Shown here: positions 41,373-51,126 of the stretch, piece after piece
Position numbering within the stretch: position 1 is the first letter of the stretch
How the letters are laid out: each line of letters starts with the position of its first letter
Assembly: GCA_046045965.1 (NCBI GenBank)
Contig: JBJOKS010000021.1
Coordinates: 1-64,000, forward strand
Source: Cyanobacteriota bacterium
Lineage (GTDB): Bacteria > Cyanobacteriota > Cyanobacteriia > Cyanobacteriales > Nostocaceae
Direction of reading: 5' to 3'
Length of the DNA: 64,000 nt
The notes under the pieces: generated by a model
The model's database searches: none
What the model saw: the letters and a program-made list of their open reading frames with translations, nothing else
Told to the model about the DNA's origin: nothing
Made by a program: the position numbers and the translations under genes

Positions 41373-41852
41373 ATGAATTGGCGCGGCTCTACTACTGTTG
41401 GTGATCGAATTTTCGCTTGTTTACCTTATTTGCTGCCTCTAGTTGAGAGTTTAGAATTTGGCAGCTTTTTGGTGAGACAGTTTCCAGTCTTAGGAGTGCT
41501 GTTGTTACCCATACTACCAGTTAAATCAGTTTACGATGCTTTGGGTTCAATAGGTCAAATTATTGTGTTTTTTGCCTTGTTCATTTTGGTGGTGAGAAAT
41601 GAAAAAATCAGTCATTTTATTCGTTTCAACACAATGCAGGCCATTCTTTTAGATATTGTGATATTTTTGTGTTCCGTAGTTCTGCAAATTTTAACTCCTG
41701 TTCCTGGTGCTGGTTTTGCCCTAGAAACCATAGCCAATACCATATTTTTAGGTATTGTGGCATCTGTAATTTTTTCCGTATTTCAGTCTTTAAATGGCCG
41801 TTATGCGGAAATTCCAGCAATTTCTGATGCTGTTTATATGCAGGTGCGCTAG
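41373..41852 (+). CDS. Tic20/Ycf60 family membrane protein
   Basis: DRIFACLPYLLPL, ISHFIRFNTMQAILLDI, GRYAEIPAISDAVYMQV. Confidence 0.92.
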   Translation: MNWRGSTTVGDRIFACLPYLLPLVESLEFGSFLVRQFPVLGVLLLPILPVKSVYDALGSIGQIIVFFALFILVVRNEKISHFIRFNTMQAILLDIVIFLCSVVLQILTPVPGAGFALETIANTIFLGIVASVIFSVFQSLNGRYAEIPAISDAVYMQVR

Positions 41853-41949
41853 GTTAAATACCAATTTGGGATTTTAGATTTTGGATTAACAGTTTTGATA
41901 ATCAGCTGTTCCCAAAATCTCAAACCATCCTAAGTATCCAAATTTGGTG

Positions 41950-42723
41950 TTAACGGCTGACAACGAGGTTTTCTAGGCGACCGATACCTTCGATTTCGAC
42001 ACGGATGCGATCGCCTACATTTAATGAACCTACGCCAAAAGGTGTACCTGTTAGCACGACATCCCCAGGTAATAGTGTCATCACTTGACTAATATAAGAC
42101 ACCAAAAAATCTGGGGAAAATACCATTTGATCAATACAGGCAGATTGGACGGGATGGGGTTTATCATTCAAAAAGGTTTGCAATTTGGCTCCTGGGTTCA
42201 ATTCTCGGACAATCCAAGGACCTAAAGGGCAAAATGTATCAAAACCTTTAGCTCTTGTCCATTGAGCATCATTTTTTTGTAAATCCCTGGCTGTGACATC
42301 ATTAGCAATGGTGTAACCCCAAATTTTGCTTTGAGCTTCCTCTGGTGTACAGTCACAAGTGCGATCGCCTATCACTAATGCTAACTCGCCTTCATAGTCT
42401 ACCCGTTGTGACTGTGGAGGATATTTAATTTCCATTTCTGAGGCGATAACAGTGGTGGGTGGCTTAAGGAAAATCAGCGGTTCAGCGGGGACGGAAGTTC
42501 CCATTTCTGCTGCATGATCCGCATAGTTCTTGCCTACGGCCACTATTTTGGAAGGTGAACAGGGAGCCAGAATTCGGTATTGGTCTGGTTCCAAAATTAA
42601 ATCCGTGGGTTGCCCTTCCATCCAAGGTGGAGCGTCCAAAACCTCGACGTTGAGGGATAATTGCAGCAACCCGTAGTAAATTTGTCCTTCTTGACTCTTA
42701 ACTCGCACATAGCGTTGCGCCAT
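41950..42723 (-). CDS. Fumarylacetoacetate hydrolase family protein
   Basis: VGKNYADH, FLKPP, DYEGEL, NDVTARD, AKGFDTFCPLGP, GDVVLTGTP. Confidence 0.93.
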   Translation of the reverse strand: MAQRYVRVKSQEGQIYYGLLQLSLNVEVLDAPPWMEGQPTDLILEPDQYRILAPCSPSKIVAVGKNYADHAAEMGTSVPAEPLIFLKPPTTVIASEMEIKYPPQSQRVDYEGELALVIGDRTCDCTPEEAQSKIWGYTIANDVTARDLQKNDAQWTRAKGFDTFCPLGPWIVRELNPGAKLQTFLNDKPHPVQSACIDQMVFSPDFLVSYISQVMTLLPGDVVLTGTPFGVGSLNVGDRIRVEIEGIGRLENLVVSR

Positions 42724-42967
42724 AACCTTGATTAATATCCTTAGAGATGCAAATTTAGGCAGATTAGGCTAATGATTTAAATCGAAAACTGGTAAGATGA
42801 TAGAAAATTGAGTCAGCCAAAACCACCTAGAGTGAGTATTTCCGCCCATCTCCAATACTTAATCATACTTTAGGTGGTGAATTACTTCTGGCGATATGCG
42901 CCAAAAGGCGCAGTCTACATATTAACAATAGAATGCAACAGTAATTTATTGTTAATATATCAAAAAC

Positions 42968-43068
42968 ACATCCCCATCAAGTTTTTGCTCTAAAGATTCT
43001 CTTCCTGACTATGGTGAAAAACCCACAAAGCGAAGAAAAACTCAAAGCAAAAAGTTTGGATTGTGCGT
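42968..43068 (+). pseudogene. Decayed fragment of a tnpB 3' region
   Basis: Translates TSPSSFCSKDSLPDYGEKP versus TSKASFLDHDFLPKYSEKP in the intact TnpB (11/19 identical). The RuvC-III segment is missing downstream. Confidence 0.7.
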
Positions 43069-43095
43069 GATAAAATACTCAAAGTTATTTGAGTT

Positions 43096-43213
43096 AAGTA
43101 AAGGTAACATTGAGAGATTCTCAGTGGAGCTATAGGGGCGCTTTGACTACGCCTTCACGAGTCCGTTTTTGGGCTGCTTGAGAATCTCTGTCCTTCATAA
43201 CAGAGAGTGTCAA
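43096..43213 (+). ncRNA. Orphan TnpB omega-RNA-like scaffold / IS605 right end
   Basis: Colinear with the reverse complement of 39357-39478: 26-nt and 17-nt identical blocks, GAAT, covarying terminal hairpin, ends in AGTGTCAA. Confidence 0.72.
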
Positions 43214-43319
43214 AGTTCCTTGTTGCTTCAGATGTTGATTTTTATCAGTAACTCACAAAGCTTACTTGTATAAAATCTACAGGAGCAGCCTTTTTTGTCC
43301 ATAAGGTGACTAAAAATAT

Positions 43320-43646
43320 ATGACCACAATTTACGAAACAATGTACATTCTTCGCCCTGACTTGGGAGATGAGCAGGTAGAGCAAGCCGTTACTAAATAC
43401 CAAAACTTGTTAACTGAACAAGGCGCACAGAATCTGGAAATTCAGAATCGTGGTAAGCGTCGTCTTGCTTATGAAATTAACAGACATCGTGACGGCATCT
43501 ACATCCAATTTAACTACACAGCCCCAGCAGGTGCGATCGCTCCTTTAGAGCGTGCTATGCGATTAAGTGAAGAAGTGATTCGCTACTTAACAGTTAAGCA
43601 GGAAGTCCGCGAAGAAAAACCAGCGAAAGAAGTTGTAACCGCCTAA
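43320..43646 (+). CDS. rpsF: 30S ribosomal protein S6
   Basis: [35 protein letters not shown]. Confidence 0.97.
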   Translation: MTTIYETMYILRPDLGDEQVEQAVTKYQNLLTEQGAQNLEIQNRGKRRLAYEINRHRDGIYIQFNYTAPAGAIAPLERAMRLSEEVIRYLTVKQEVREEKPAKEVVTA

Positions 43647-44145
43647 AAAGTGCTGAGTGAGGAATTTTCAAATGATTCCCCACTCAACGGCAGGTATATT
43701 GCTTGTCTACGGATAGATAATATGTAAGTTATTTAATAAATACATAGGATTTTTAGAAAAATTTGCGTATTTCAACAGTTGTCAATTACTTCTAATTGCG
43801 ATATGTTTTGGATAAAATCATGAGGTAAGTGTTTATCTCATACACATAAAGTATAGGAAAGGACACAACAAAAGAGATTAGAACTTTTTTCCAAATTATG
43901 ACTACAAGGGTTTTGAGCAATTACGTTTTATACAAACTAGTCTTAAGACCTTGTGTTCTGATAAAAAAGTTTTATATCGCGTACAACAAGCTTGTGTGAC
44001 AAGAAGTGCAAAACCTCCGGCAAATATAGCTTGTGATTTGCATTTTACCTGGTCGCAGAGGAGCAAAATTTTGTATGTAAGAGGTTCTTCAAGCACTTGC
44101 CAAAGTTAATCTTGTCGCAGTTATACCTAAGAGATGTAACCCACT

Positions 44146-44706
44146 GTGAGCCAATCTGACACCCCCAACATCCAAGCTCTTTCTACTGAAGTATCGCAGT
44201 TGCGTCAAGAGTTGCAGCTGAGAGATCAATTAGTACAACAGCTATCTCAAGAACTGTTCCGACTAGTAAAAGGTAATACTAATTTTATCCCTCAACGCAC
44301 TGAGCCTGAGAGCGATATGAGTCAATTAGAGGTTTTAAGAGAACAACTCCAAGCTGTTGAGGAGCAAGTAACATTCTACCAAGAGCAAATTACATCTCGT
44401 GACTCGGAAATTCACCAATTACGACAGTCAGTTCAAGAATTAACTGATCGCAGTCGGATGTTAGAGCAAGTAGTACAAGAATTACCACAAATTTACCGTC
44501 GGAAATTTGAGGAAAGAATGGCTCCAGTTAGAGATAAGGTAGCAATGCTACAAAGAGAAAATCGTCAACTACAGGCAGAACTGCAAAGTGTGAGTTATCG
44601 GTTAGCACTTAAAACTCGTCACTCAAGTCATAGTGGTATAGATTTACCAAATTTCTCTAGTCCTATATCTGGACAACCTAATATATCCACTCCTCAGAAT
44701 GTCTGA
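44146..44706 (+). CDS. Cyanobacterial coiled-coil protein (Npun_F5560-like)
   Basis: Continuous heptads; RDQLVQQLSQELFRLVKGN, ELPQIYRRKFEER; GTG start. Confidence 0.75.
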   Translation: MSQSDTPNIQALSTEVSQLRQELQLRDQLVQQLSQELFRLVKGNTNFIPQRTEPESDMSQLEVLREQLQAVEEQVTFYQEQITSRDSEIHQLRQSVQELTDRSRMLEQVVQELPQIYRRKFEERMAPVRDKVAMLQRENRQLQAELQSVSYRLALKTRHSSHSGIDLPNFSSPISGQPNISTPQNV

Positions 44707-44925
44707 ATGAAATATTTATGACATATAGCAGGAGTCAGGAGTAAAACCTTCTTGTAGTGGAAGTTTCATGATCAATTGATGTTCTAAGCACTCTGTCCAC
44801 AGCTATATTTAGAAATAAAATTTTCATATCCAATTTTTATCGCCTAGCTGCCAAACCTCTAGTTGAATAGAGATTCAGCTTGCTAGAACGAGAATTTAAA
44901 GGGTGATGATATCTAGTAATGTTTT

Positions 44926-44968
44926 GCCAAGCTAAGAAGCGAAAAAATTTTACTTAACTTGGCTTTTT
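44926..44968. terminator. Hairpin between convergent genes
   Basis: GCCAAGCTAAG...CTTAACTTGGC followed by a T-run. Confidence 0.45.
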
Positions 44969-44989
44969 TCCCTGAGAAAAGTCGATAAT

Positions 44990-45343
44990 TCAGCCAGCTG
45001 TCACCAGACTTTGCTCCTTGAGGCTAGGACATATATCTTCGTAATTGTTAACTATCTCAAACACTGAATCTAGGTGAGTAAGTTCTAAGACGAGTCTTAC
45101 AGGAGCTTGCACGTTGCACAGAACTAACCGACAACCGCTTGCGCGTACAGCTTTCAGTGCTTGGACTAAGGGAACTAAACCAGAACTATCCATGAATTCA
45201 ACTTCTGCTAGATCGATAACCCAGAGTTGATCAGGCTGTGGTGTTACTCCAGCCATCTTTTCGCTCAAGGCCGTACCAACCTGTAAGTCTATGCTTCCTT
45301 GGGGTTTGAACAAAATCACTTGGCGTTCTTGTGTAAGAGTCAT
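44990..45343 (-). CDS. STAS-domain anti-sigma factor antagonist
   Basis: VIDLAEVEFMDSSGL, VRLVLELTHLDSVF. Confidence 0.92.
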   Translation of the reverse strand: MTLTQERQVILFKPQGSIDLQVGTALSEKMAGVTPQPDQLWVIDLAEVEFMDSSGLVPLVQALKAVRASGCRLVLCNVQAPVRLVLELTHLDSVFEIVNNYEDICPSLKEQSLVTAG

Positions 45344-45755
45344 GAATTTAACTGGGTAGTTGAACTGGGTAGTTGAAATGTTCAGAAAACGGGTTTTATA
45401 TCAATTCTGATTAATCGTCAACAGTGGAAATACTGCTTTTAATTGATTACCGGGGACTTAATGCAATTATAGTCGATATATATGGAAGTGCTACAGGAAT
45501 CATGACTAAAGAGAGTATAAAATTTGATAGATAGCTCTACTATAGGCATAAATGCCTGTGGATTTCGGTAGCGAATTTAACTGTTACAAAATTATTATGG
45601 TTTCTGTGTAGTTTTATAAATTTTTAATAACTAAATCTCAAGAATGCACATCAAACAGCAAGCCAATGATTTCTTGTGGCATTTTGATGAAAAATTCATA
45701 ATTACATAATCAAATAGATTTAGACTTCAACAAACACAGGCTCACGAGTTTTTAA

Positions 45756-45792
45756 TTATGAATTATGAATTATGAATTCTGAATTACTAATT
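45756..45792. repeat. STRR (AATTATG)n
   Basis: Directly visible heptamer tandem. Confidence 0.8.
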
Positions 45793-45863
45793 ATATTGAC
45801 AGCCTCACCAAAAACAAGCCAAGATATAGTAAACGTAAAAATTTGTAAAGTCGGCGGTGCTGG

Positions 45864-46493
45864 ATGTCTTTTGAGCTAATTTCACTAGAAAACATCCAAG
45901 AATTTGCTCAATCTTACGGTTATTGGGCAATTTTTTTGGGAATTTTGCTAGAGAATTTGGGCATTCCTCTTCCCGGTGAAACCGTGACTTTAGTCGGCGG
46001 TTTCCTGGCTGGTAGTGATGAGCTTAATTACTGGCTGGTTCTGGGTGACGCTGTTACAGGTGCTGTAATTGGCGGTACTTGCGGCTATTGGATTGGCAGG
46101 ATTGGTGGTTGGCCTTTCCTGCTACAAGTTGGTAAGATATTCCGCATATCTGAAACCCGACTGCTGAGTATTAAAGAACAATTTAGTGAGAATGCTGCTA
46201 AAGCTGTATTTTTTGGTCGTTTTTTCGCCTTACTAAGAATTTTTGCATCTCCACTTGCTGGTATAGCAGAAATGCCCTTTGGGAAATTTTTGGTATATAA
46301 CTTAGCAGGAGCTACTGCCTGGGCTAGTGTGATGGTGACTTTAGCTTTCTTTGCAGGGAGAATTGTTTCCCTTGAACAACTAGTGGCTTGGGTAAGTCAA
46401 TTTGCAATTTTGGCTTTACTTATCTTAGTTGCTGTGATTGTTGTTCCTATTTGGTGGGAATCTCGCCAAGTTAAGCATCAAACTGGGGAATAG
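45864..46493 (+). CDS. DedA family membrane protein
   Basis: LENLGIPLPGET, YWIGRIGG, VFFGRF. Confidence 0.93.
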   Translation: MSFELISLENIQEFAQSYGYWAIFLGILLENLGIPLPGETVTLVGGFLAGSDELNYWLVLGDAVTGAVIGGTCGYWIGRIGGWPFLLQVGKIFRISETRLLSIKEQFSENAAKAVFFGRFFALLRIFASPLAGIAEMPFGKFLVYNLAGATAWASVMVTLAFFAGRIVSLEQLVAWVSQFAILALLILVAVIVVPIWWESRQVKHQTGE

Positions 46494-46576
46494 GGGACTG
46501 GGGATTGGGGACTGGGGACTGGGGACTGGGAAGAATAACCTATTCCCTATTCCCTATTCCCTATTCCCTATTCCCT
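46494..46576. repeat. STRR pair (GGGGACT)n and (CCCTATT)n between convergent genes
   Basis: Directly visible; partially complementary arms could form a terminator-like stem. Confidence 0.85.
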
Positions 46577-46585
46577 GTCACCTAA

Positions 46586-47785
46586 TTACTTATTGTTCTG
46601 CGCCCAAATGCGGGTAGGTAGACCCCAGACGTAGATAAAGCCTTCTGCGGCTTTGTGATCAAATTGGTCTTCAGCGCCGTAGGTTGCTAAATCAGGAGTG
46701 TAAAGGGAATTATCACTCCAACGGCCAACTATGGTAGCGTTACCTTTGAAAAGCTTTAACCGCACAACACCAGAAACTCTCTCTTGTGTTTGTTGAATAA
46801 AAGCATCTATTGCAGCTTTGAGTGGACTGTACCAAAGCCCGTTGTATACCAATTTGGTGTAGGTTTCTTCAATACCCCGTTTGTATTGGGTGACATCTGC
46901 TGTTAAAGTCAGGCTTTCTAAATCGCGGTGGGCATTAATTAGGACTACCATTGCGGGTGATTCGTAAATTTCCCGTGATTTAATCCCAACCAATCGGTTT
47001 TCAATCATGTCAATCCGCCCAATACCGTGATTGCCAACTATTTTATTGAGTTGTTCAATTAACTCAACTGGTGTTTTTGCAGTACCGTTGATTGTGGTAG
47101 GAATGCCTTTTTGGAAGCCAATTTCTAGATATTCCGGCTCGTTGGGAGTATCGGCTATGGCTTTGGTCATTTCATAAATTTCTTCTGGTGGTTCGTTTGC
47201 TGGATCTTCCAAAGTACCAGCTTCAATACTCCGACCAAGCAAGTTTTTATCTATACTGAAGGGAGAGGATTTTTTTACAGGTGCGGGAATACCGAAGCTT
47301 TCACCATAGGCTATGGTTTGTTCTCGACTCATTCCCCATTCTCTGGCAGGTGCGAGGATTTTTAAGTTGGGGTTTAATGCTGTACAGGAAACATCAAAAC
47401 GAACTTGATCGTTACCTTTACCTGTGCAACCGTGGGCGATCGCATCAGCACCATATTTTTCGGCTGTTTCTACTAAAATCTTAGCAATCAAGGGCCGAGC
47501 TAGGGCTGTTCCTAAAGGATAGCGATTTTCATAGAGTGCATTGGCTTGAATTGCGGGAAATGCGTAATCTTTAACAAAGCTATCTTTAACATCAACTACA
47601 AGAGATTCACTTGCACCAGATTTTAAAGCTTTTTCTCTTACTGGTTCTAATTCATCTCCCTGGCCTAAGTCTGCTGCTAGGGTTATTACCTCTTCTACTC
47701 CCCATTCTTCCTTTAAGTAGGGGATACAAACAGAGGTATCCACTCCACCAGAATATGCTAAAACAACCTTTTTGGCGCGACCCAT
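46586..47785 (-). CDS. argG: Argininosuccinate synthase
   Basis: [48 protein letters not shown] at 47785 preferred. Confidence 0.98.
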   Translation of the reverse strand: MGRAKKVVLAYSGGVDTSVCIPYLKEEWGVEEVITLAADLGQGDELEPVREKALKSGASESLVVDVKDSFVKDYAFPAIQANALYENRYPLGTALARPLIAKILVETAEKYGADAIAHGCTGKGNDQVRFDVSCTALNPNLKILAPAREWGMSREQTIAYGESFGIPAPVKKSSPFSIDKNLLGRSIEAGTLEDPANEPPEEIYEMTKAIADTPNEPEYLEIGFQKGIPTTINGTAKTPVELIEQLNKIVGNHGIGRIDMIENRLVGIKSREIYESPAMVVLINAHRDLESLTLTADVTQYKRGIEETYTKLVYNGLWYSPLKAAIDAFIQQTQERVSGVVRLKLFKGNATIVGRWSDNSLYTPDLATYGAEDQFDHKAAEGFIYVWGLPTRIWAQNNK

Positions 47786-47871
47786 CAGTTTCTCCAGTTG
47801 GGAAAACAAACAATGAGTCATTATTATATCTGACTACACAGTATATATTTTAATGATGCAACTGCTTTTCA

Positions 47872-47900
47872 ATTAAAAATTAAAAATTAAAAATTAAAAA
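47872..47900. repeat. STRR (AATTAAA)x4
   Basis: Directly visible. Confidence 0.8.
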
Positions 47901-47975
47901 ACTTCTTTATATATAGATATGGAGATAATTTTTTTCAAGAAACCATGACCGTGTTCTTTTTGTCATATTCTGGGT

Positions 47976-48941
47976 ATGAATAATAGTGTTTTGGGTAAAA
48001 CAGTGTTTTTTAGTGTTGTAATTCCTACTTATAATCGTTTGCCGATTTTGCAAAAATGCTTGCGTGCTTTGGAGATACAGGAGTTTAACCAAGACAACCA
48101 TATACAAGGTTATGAGGTGGTTTTAGTAGATGATGGTTCTACTGATGGTACTCTGCACTGGTTAGCAGAACATCAAGATGAGTTTCCTCATGTGCGGTGT
48201 TTTCAACAAGATCATGCTGGTCCTGCTGCTGCGCGAAATTTGGGGGTAGAAAAAGCCGAGGGTGACACGATTATTTTTATTGATAGCGATTTGGTGGTTT
48301 TGTCTAATTTCTTGCAAGCCCATACAGATGCTTTGGTACAAGGAAGAGAGAAATTAGGGAGCGACGGTTTTTTTACCTACGGTGCGGTAATTAATACTTG
48401 TAATTTTGAAAATCCCACTTCTGAACCTTATAAAATCACAGATTTTTCTGCGGCTTTTTTTGCTACGGGTAATGTCGCTATTCCTAAACATTGGTTAAAG
48501 AAAGCTGGTTTATTTGATACTGGGTTTCAACTTTATGGCTGGGAAGATTTGGAGTTAGGTGTGAGATTAAAAAATTTAGGTTTGCAATTAATTAAATGTC
48601 CTGAAGCTGTTGGTTATCATTGGCATCCAGCTTTTAGTTTACAACAAATTCCTAAGTTAATTGATCAGGAAATTCAACGGGGAAGGATGGGTGTTTTGTT
48701 TTATCAAAAACATCCTACCTGGGAAGTGAAAATGATGATTCAAATGACTTTGTTTCATCGTTTGTTGTGGGGAATACTTTCTTTAAATGGGTTGTTTAAT
48801 GAAAGAACTAGCGCACCTTTATTGCAATGGTTGATTAATTTGGGTAAGCCGCAGTTAGCGTTGGAAGTTGCGCGGATTTTTTTGAATTGGTATAATGTGA
48901 AGGGGGTTTATCAGGCTTATGAGGAGATGCAGGGTAAATGA
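47976..48941 (+). CDS. Glycosyltransferase family 2
   Basis: SVVIPTYNR, VDDGSTDGT, GPAAARNLG, FIDSD, GWEDLELG. Confidence 0.93.
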   Translation: MNNSVLGKTVFFSVVIPTYNRLPILQKCLRALEIQEFNQDNHIQGYEVVLVDDGSTDGTLHWLAEHQDEFPHVRCFQQDHAGPAAARNLGVEKAEGDTIIFIDSDLVVLSNFLQAHTDALVQGREKLGSDGFFTYGAVINTCNFENPTSEPYKITDFSAAFFATGNVAIPKHWLKKAGLFDTGFQLYGWEDLELGVRLKNLGLQLIKCPEAVGYHWHPAFSLQQIPKLIDQEIQRGRMGVLFYQKHPTWEVKMMIQMTLFHRLLWGILSLNGLFNERTSAPLLQWLINLGKPQLALEVARIFLNWYNVKGVYQAYEEMQGK

Positions 48942-49024
48942 TTTTATCATGCTCCAGACGTAGAGGCGAGGACAGAGAAAAGCAAGAGAATATAATAAGA
49001 ATATTGAGATAATAAGTTGAAATT

Positions 49025-50416
49025 ATGAATCAGTCTAATTCTAATAATGTCAATGAACAGGAAAGTGTAAAAGGAATTACAAGAATTTCTGTCAGTGGTT
49101 ATAAGTCGCTTTATGATGAGTGCAGTATTGAAGTGCGTCCATTAACAATTTTGGCTGGTGCTAATAGTTCGGGAAAATCAAGTATTATGCAGCCTTTATT
49201 GTTGATGAAACAAACTCTAGAAGCTACTTATGATCCTGGTGCTTTGTTACTTGATGGACCTAACATTAAGTTTACTTCAGCAGAACAAGTATTTTCTAAA
49301 GTTTCTGGTCAAAAACATAATAATCAATTTATAGTAAGTATTGGAATCGAAAATAATCAATCTATTGAAAATAAATTTATAAAGTATCCAAGAAAGTCTT
49401 TAGAAATTATTGAAATGATTCATGAAAAAGACGATAAAAAAATTGTGCTTTCACCTGAAATTTTACCAGGAGATATTAAAGATATTTTACCAGAAATTTA
49501 TTCGGAAATTGAGCAAACACTTAAAAATTTAGAAGAGCTAAAAAATACCAGTATATATTGGATTATTGACCGTAATCGTTGTTTTTTAAATTTTTACTTG
49601 GTTATAAATGGATACAAAATGAATGAAATTTTTCCATTGCTTAACCCGGTACATAACACTCTATATCCTAGTCATTCTGAAATATTTGGAAACTATATCA
49701 GAAAAATAATCCACTTACCTGGATTACGAGGAAATCCTGAACGTAACTACAAAACTACTGCTATAGGAGATGAATTTCCTGGTACATTTGATAATTATGT
49801 TGCTAGTATTATCAATCATTGGCAAAAACCTAGAGATAAACGTCTTCAAGAGTTAGCTAATTTACTGGAAAATCTGGGACTAACTTGTAAAGTTCACGCT
49901 AAACAAGTTAATGATACACAAGTTGAGCTTAGAGTTGGTCGTTTACCAAGAAACTCGGATGCAAAAGATGATATGGTCAATATTGCCGATGTTGGTTTTG
50001 GTGTTTCCCAAACTTTACCTGTTTTAGTCGCTTTGCTAGTCGCTAAACCAGGACAATTAGTTTATATTGAACAACCAGAAATACATTTACATCCCCGCGC
50101 TCAAGTTGCTATGGCGGAAATATTAGCAAATGCTGCAAAACGGGGAGTAAAAGTAGTTATAGAAACTCATAGTGATAGATTAATTTTAGCAATTCAGTCT
50201 TTAGTCGCTGAAGGTAATTTATCGCCAGATTTAGTCAAACTGCACTGGTTTACACGGCAAGATGATGGTATAACAAGAGTCAATAGTGCTGATTTAGATG
50301 AAACTGGCGCTTTTGGAGATTGGCCAGAGGATTTTGGTGATATATCTCTACAACTGGAAAACCGTTATTTAAGTGCTGCGGAAGCTCGTTTAATGCAAGG
50401 GATACATGGGGGATAA
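49025..50416 (+). CDS. Soluble ABC-superfamily ATPase (AAA_15/AAA_21-like, DUF3696-like C-terminus)
   Basis: Walker A GANSSGKSS, signature-like GFGVSQTLP, Walker B IEQPEIHLHP, H-loop ETHS, C-terminal GDWPEDF; no TM segments. Confidence 0.88.
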   Translation: MNQSNSNNVNEQESVKGITRISVSGYKSLYDECSIEVRPLTILAGANSSGKSSIMQPLLLMKQTLEATYDPGALLLDGPNIKFTSAEQVFSKVSGQKHNNQFIVSIGIENNQSIENKFIKYPRKSLEIIEMIHEKDDKKIVLSPEILPGDIKDILPEIYSEIEQTLKNLEELKNTSIYWIIDRNRCFLNFYLVINGYKMNEIFPLLNPVHNTLYPSHSEIFGNYIRKIIHLPGLRGNPERNYKTTAIGDEFPGTFDNYVASIINHWQKPRDKRLQELANLLENLGLTCKVHAKQVNDTQVELRVGRLPRNSDAKDDMVNIADVGFGVSQTLPVLVALLVAKPGQLVYIEQPEIHLHPRAQVAMAEILANAAKRGVKVVIETHSDRLILAIQSLVAEGNLSPDLVKLHWFTRQDDGITRVNSADLDETGAFGDWPEDFGDISLQLENRYLSAAEARLMQGIHGG

Positions 50417-50969
50417 AGTAGATTCTAAGCGTTTGGTAATTGATGCTTCTGTTGCACGTTCATGTGGTACTAATGAAGCAACTTATCCAACTTCAGTAAA
50501 CTGCCGTAATTTTCTGATGGCGGTTTTGCAAATTTGTCACCAAATTGTGATGACACCAGATATTAAAAAAGAGTGGGATAAACATCAATCACCATTTGCT
50601 CGAAAATGGCTTACTCAAATGGTGGCTAAGAAAAAATTTAAATATTTAGATATTTCGATTGATAGTGATTTATGGAGTCAAGTAGAAAGTATTGCTGCCA
50701 ATGTGAGTAATAAAAGAATTGAAGAAATGACGAAAGATTTATGTTTAATTGAAGCAGCACTGGCAACAGATAAAATTGTTATATCCCTGGATGATAATAC
50801 AGCTAGAAAATTTTTTAGTGAAGCATCTGTAAAAATAGAGGAACTCAGGGATATTGTGTGGGTAAATCCAGATAAAGTAGATGAAGAAAACCCGATTGAA
50901 TGGCTAAAAAATGGGGCTGAAGCAGAAAGCGATCGCTTTTTGATAAATTATAGACGCGAGTTAGATTAA
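50406..50969 (+). CDS. Hypothetical protein, probable PIN-fold nuclease
   Basis: Acidic residues at PIN-like positions: LVIDASV, KKEW, KDLCLIEAA, VISLDD. Overlaps the ATPase stop by 11 nt. Confidence 0.65.
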   Translation: MGDKVDSKRLVIDASVARSCGTNEATYPTSVNCRNFLMAVLQICHQIVMTPDIKKEWDKHQSPFARKWLTQMVAKKKFKYLDISIDSDLWSQVESIAANVSNKRIEEMTKDLCLIEAALATDKIVISLDDNTARKFFSEASVKIEELRDIVWVNPDKVDEENPIEWLKNGAEAESDRFLINYRRELD

Positions 50970-51044
50970 TTGACTTGTTACGAAAAAGTTCAATTTGACC
51001 CAAAAACTCAACATATTTGTGCTACCCTAGAACAGTTGTCTAAA

Positions 51045-51112
51045 ATCCGCACATCCGGGAATTCGGGTGTTTCCGTTATGGAAATGCACCTGGGTGGAGG
51101 TTTAACCCGAAT
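51045..51112 (+). promoter_or_regulatory. rpsB leader (t44-like S2 autoregulatory element)
   Basis: CGCACATCC...GGGTG...GGGTGGAGG-TTT-AACCC resembles the CACAC/GGGU/GUGGAGG/ACCC pattern of rpsB leaders. Confidence 0.7.
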
Positions 51113-51126
51113 AGGAGTAAGAAAAT

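Noticed and set aside
39357..43213. Composite transposon bounded by the two inverted IS605 right ends
   Set aside because: IS200/IS605 transposition needs a left and a right end on the same strand. The enclosed genes look like ordinary chromosomal genes, so two independent insertions are more parsimonious.
43902..44096. 64-aa minus-strand ORF and other short ORFs antisense to or nested in longer genes
   Set aside because: No RBS or motif support; best explained as chance or shadow ORFs.
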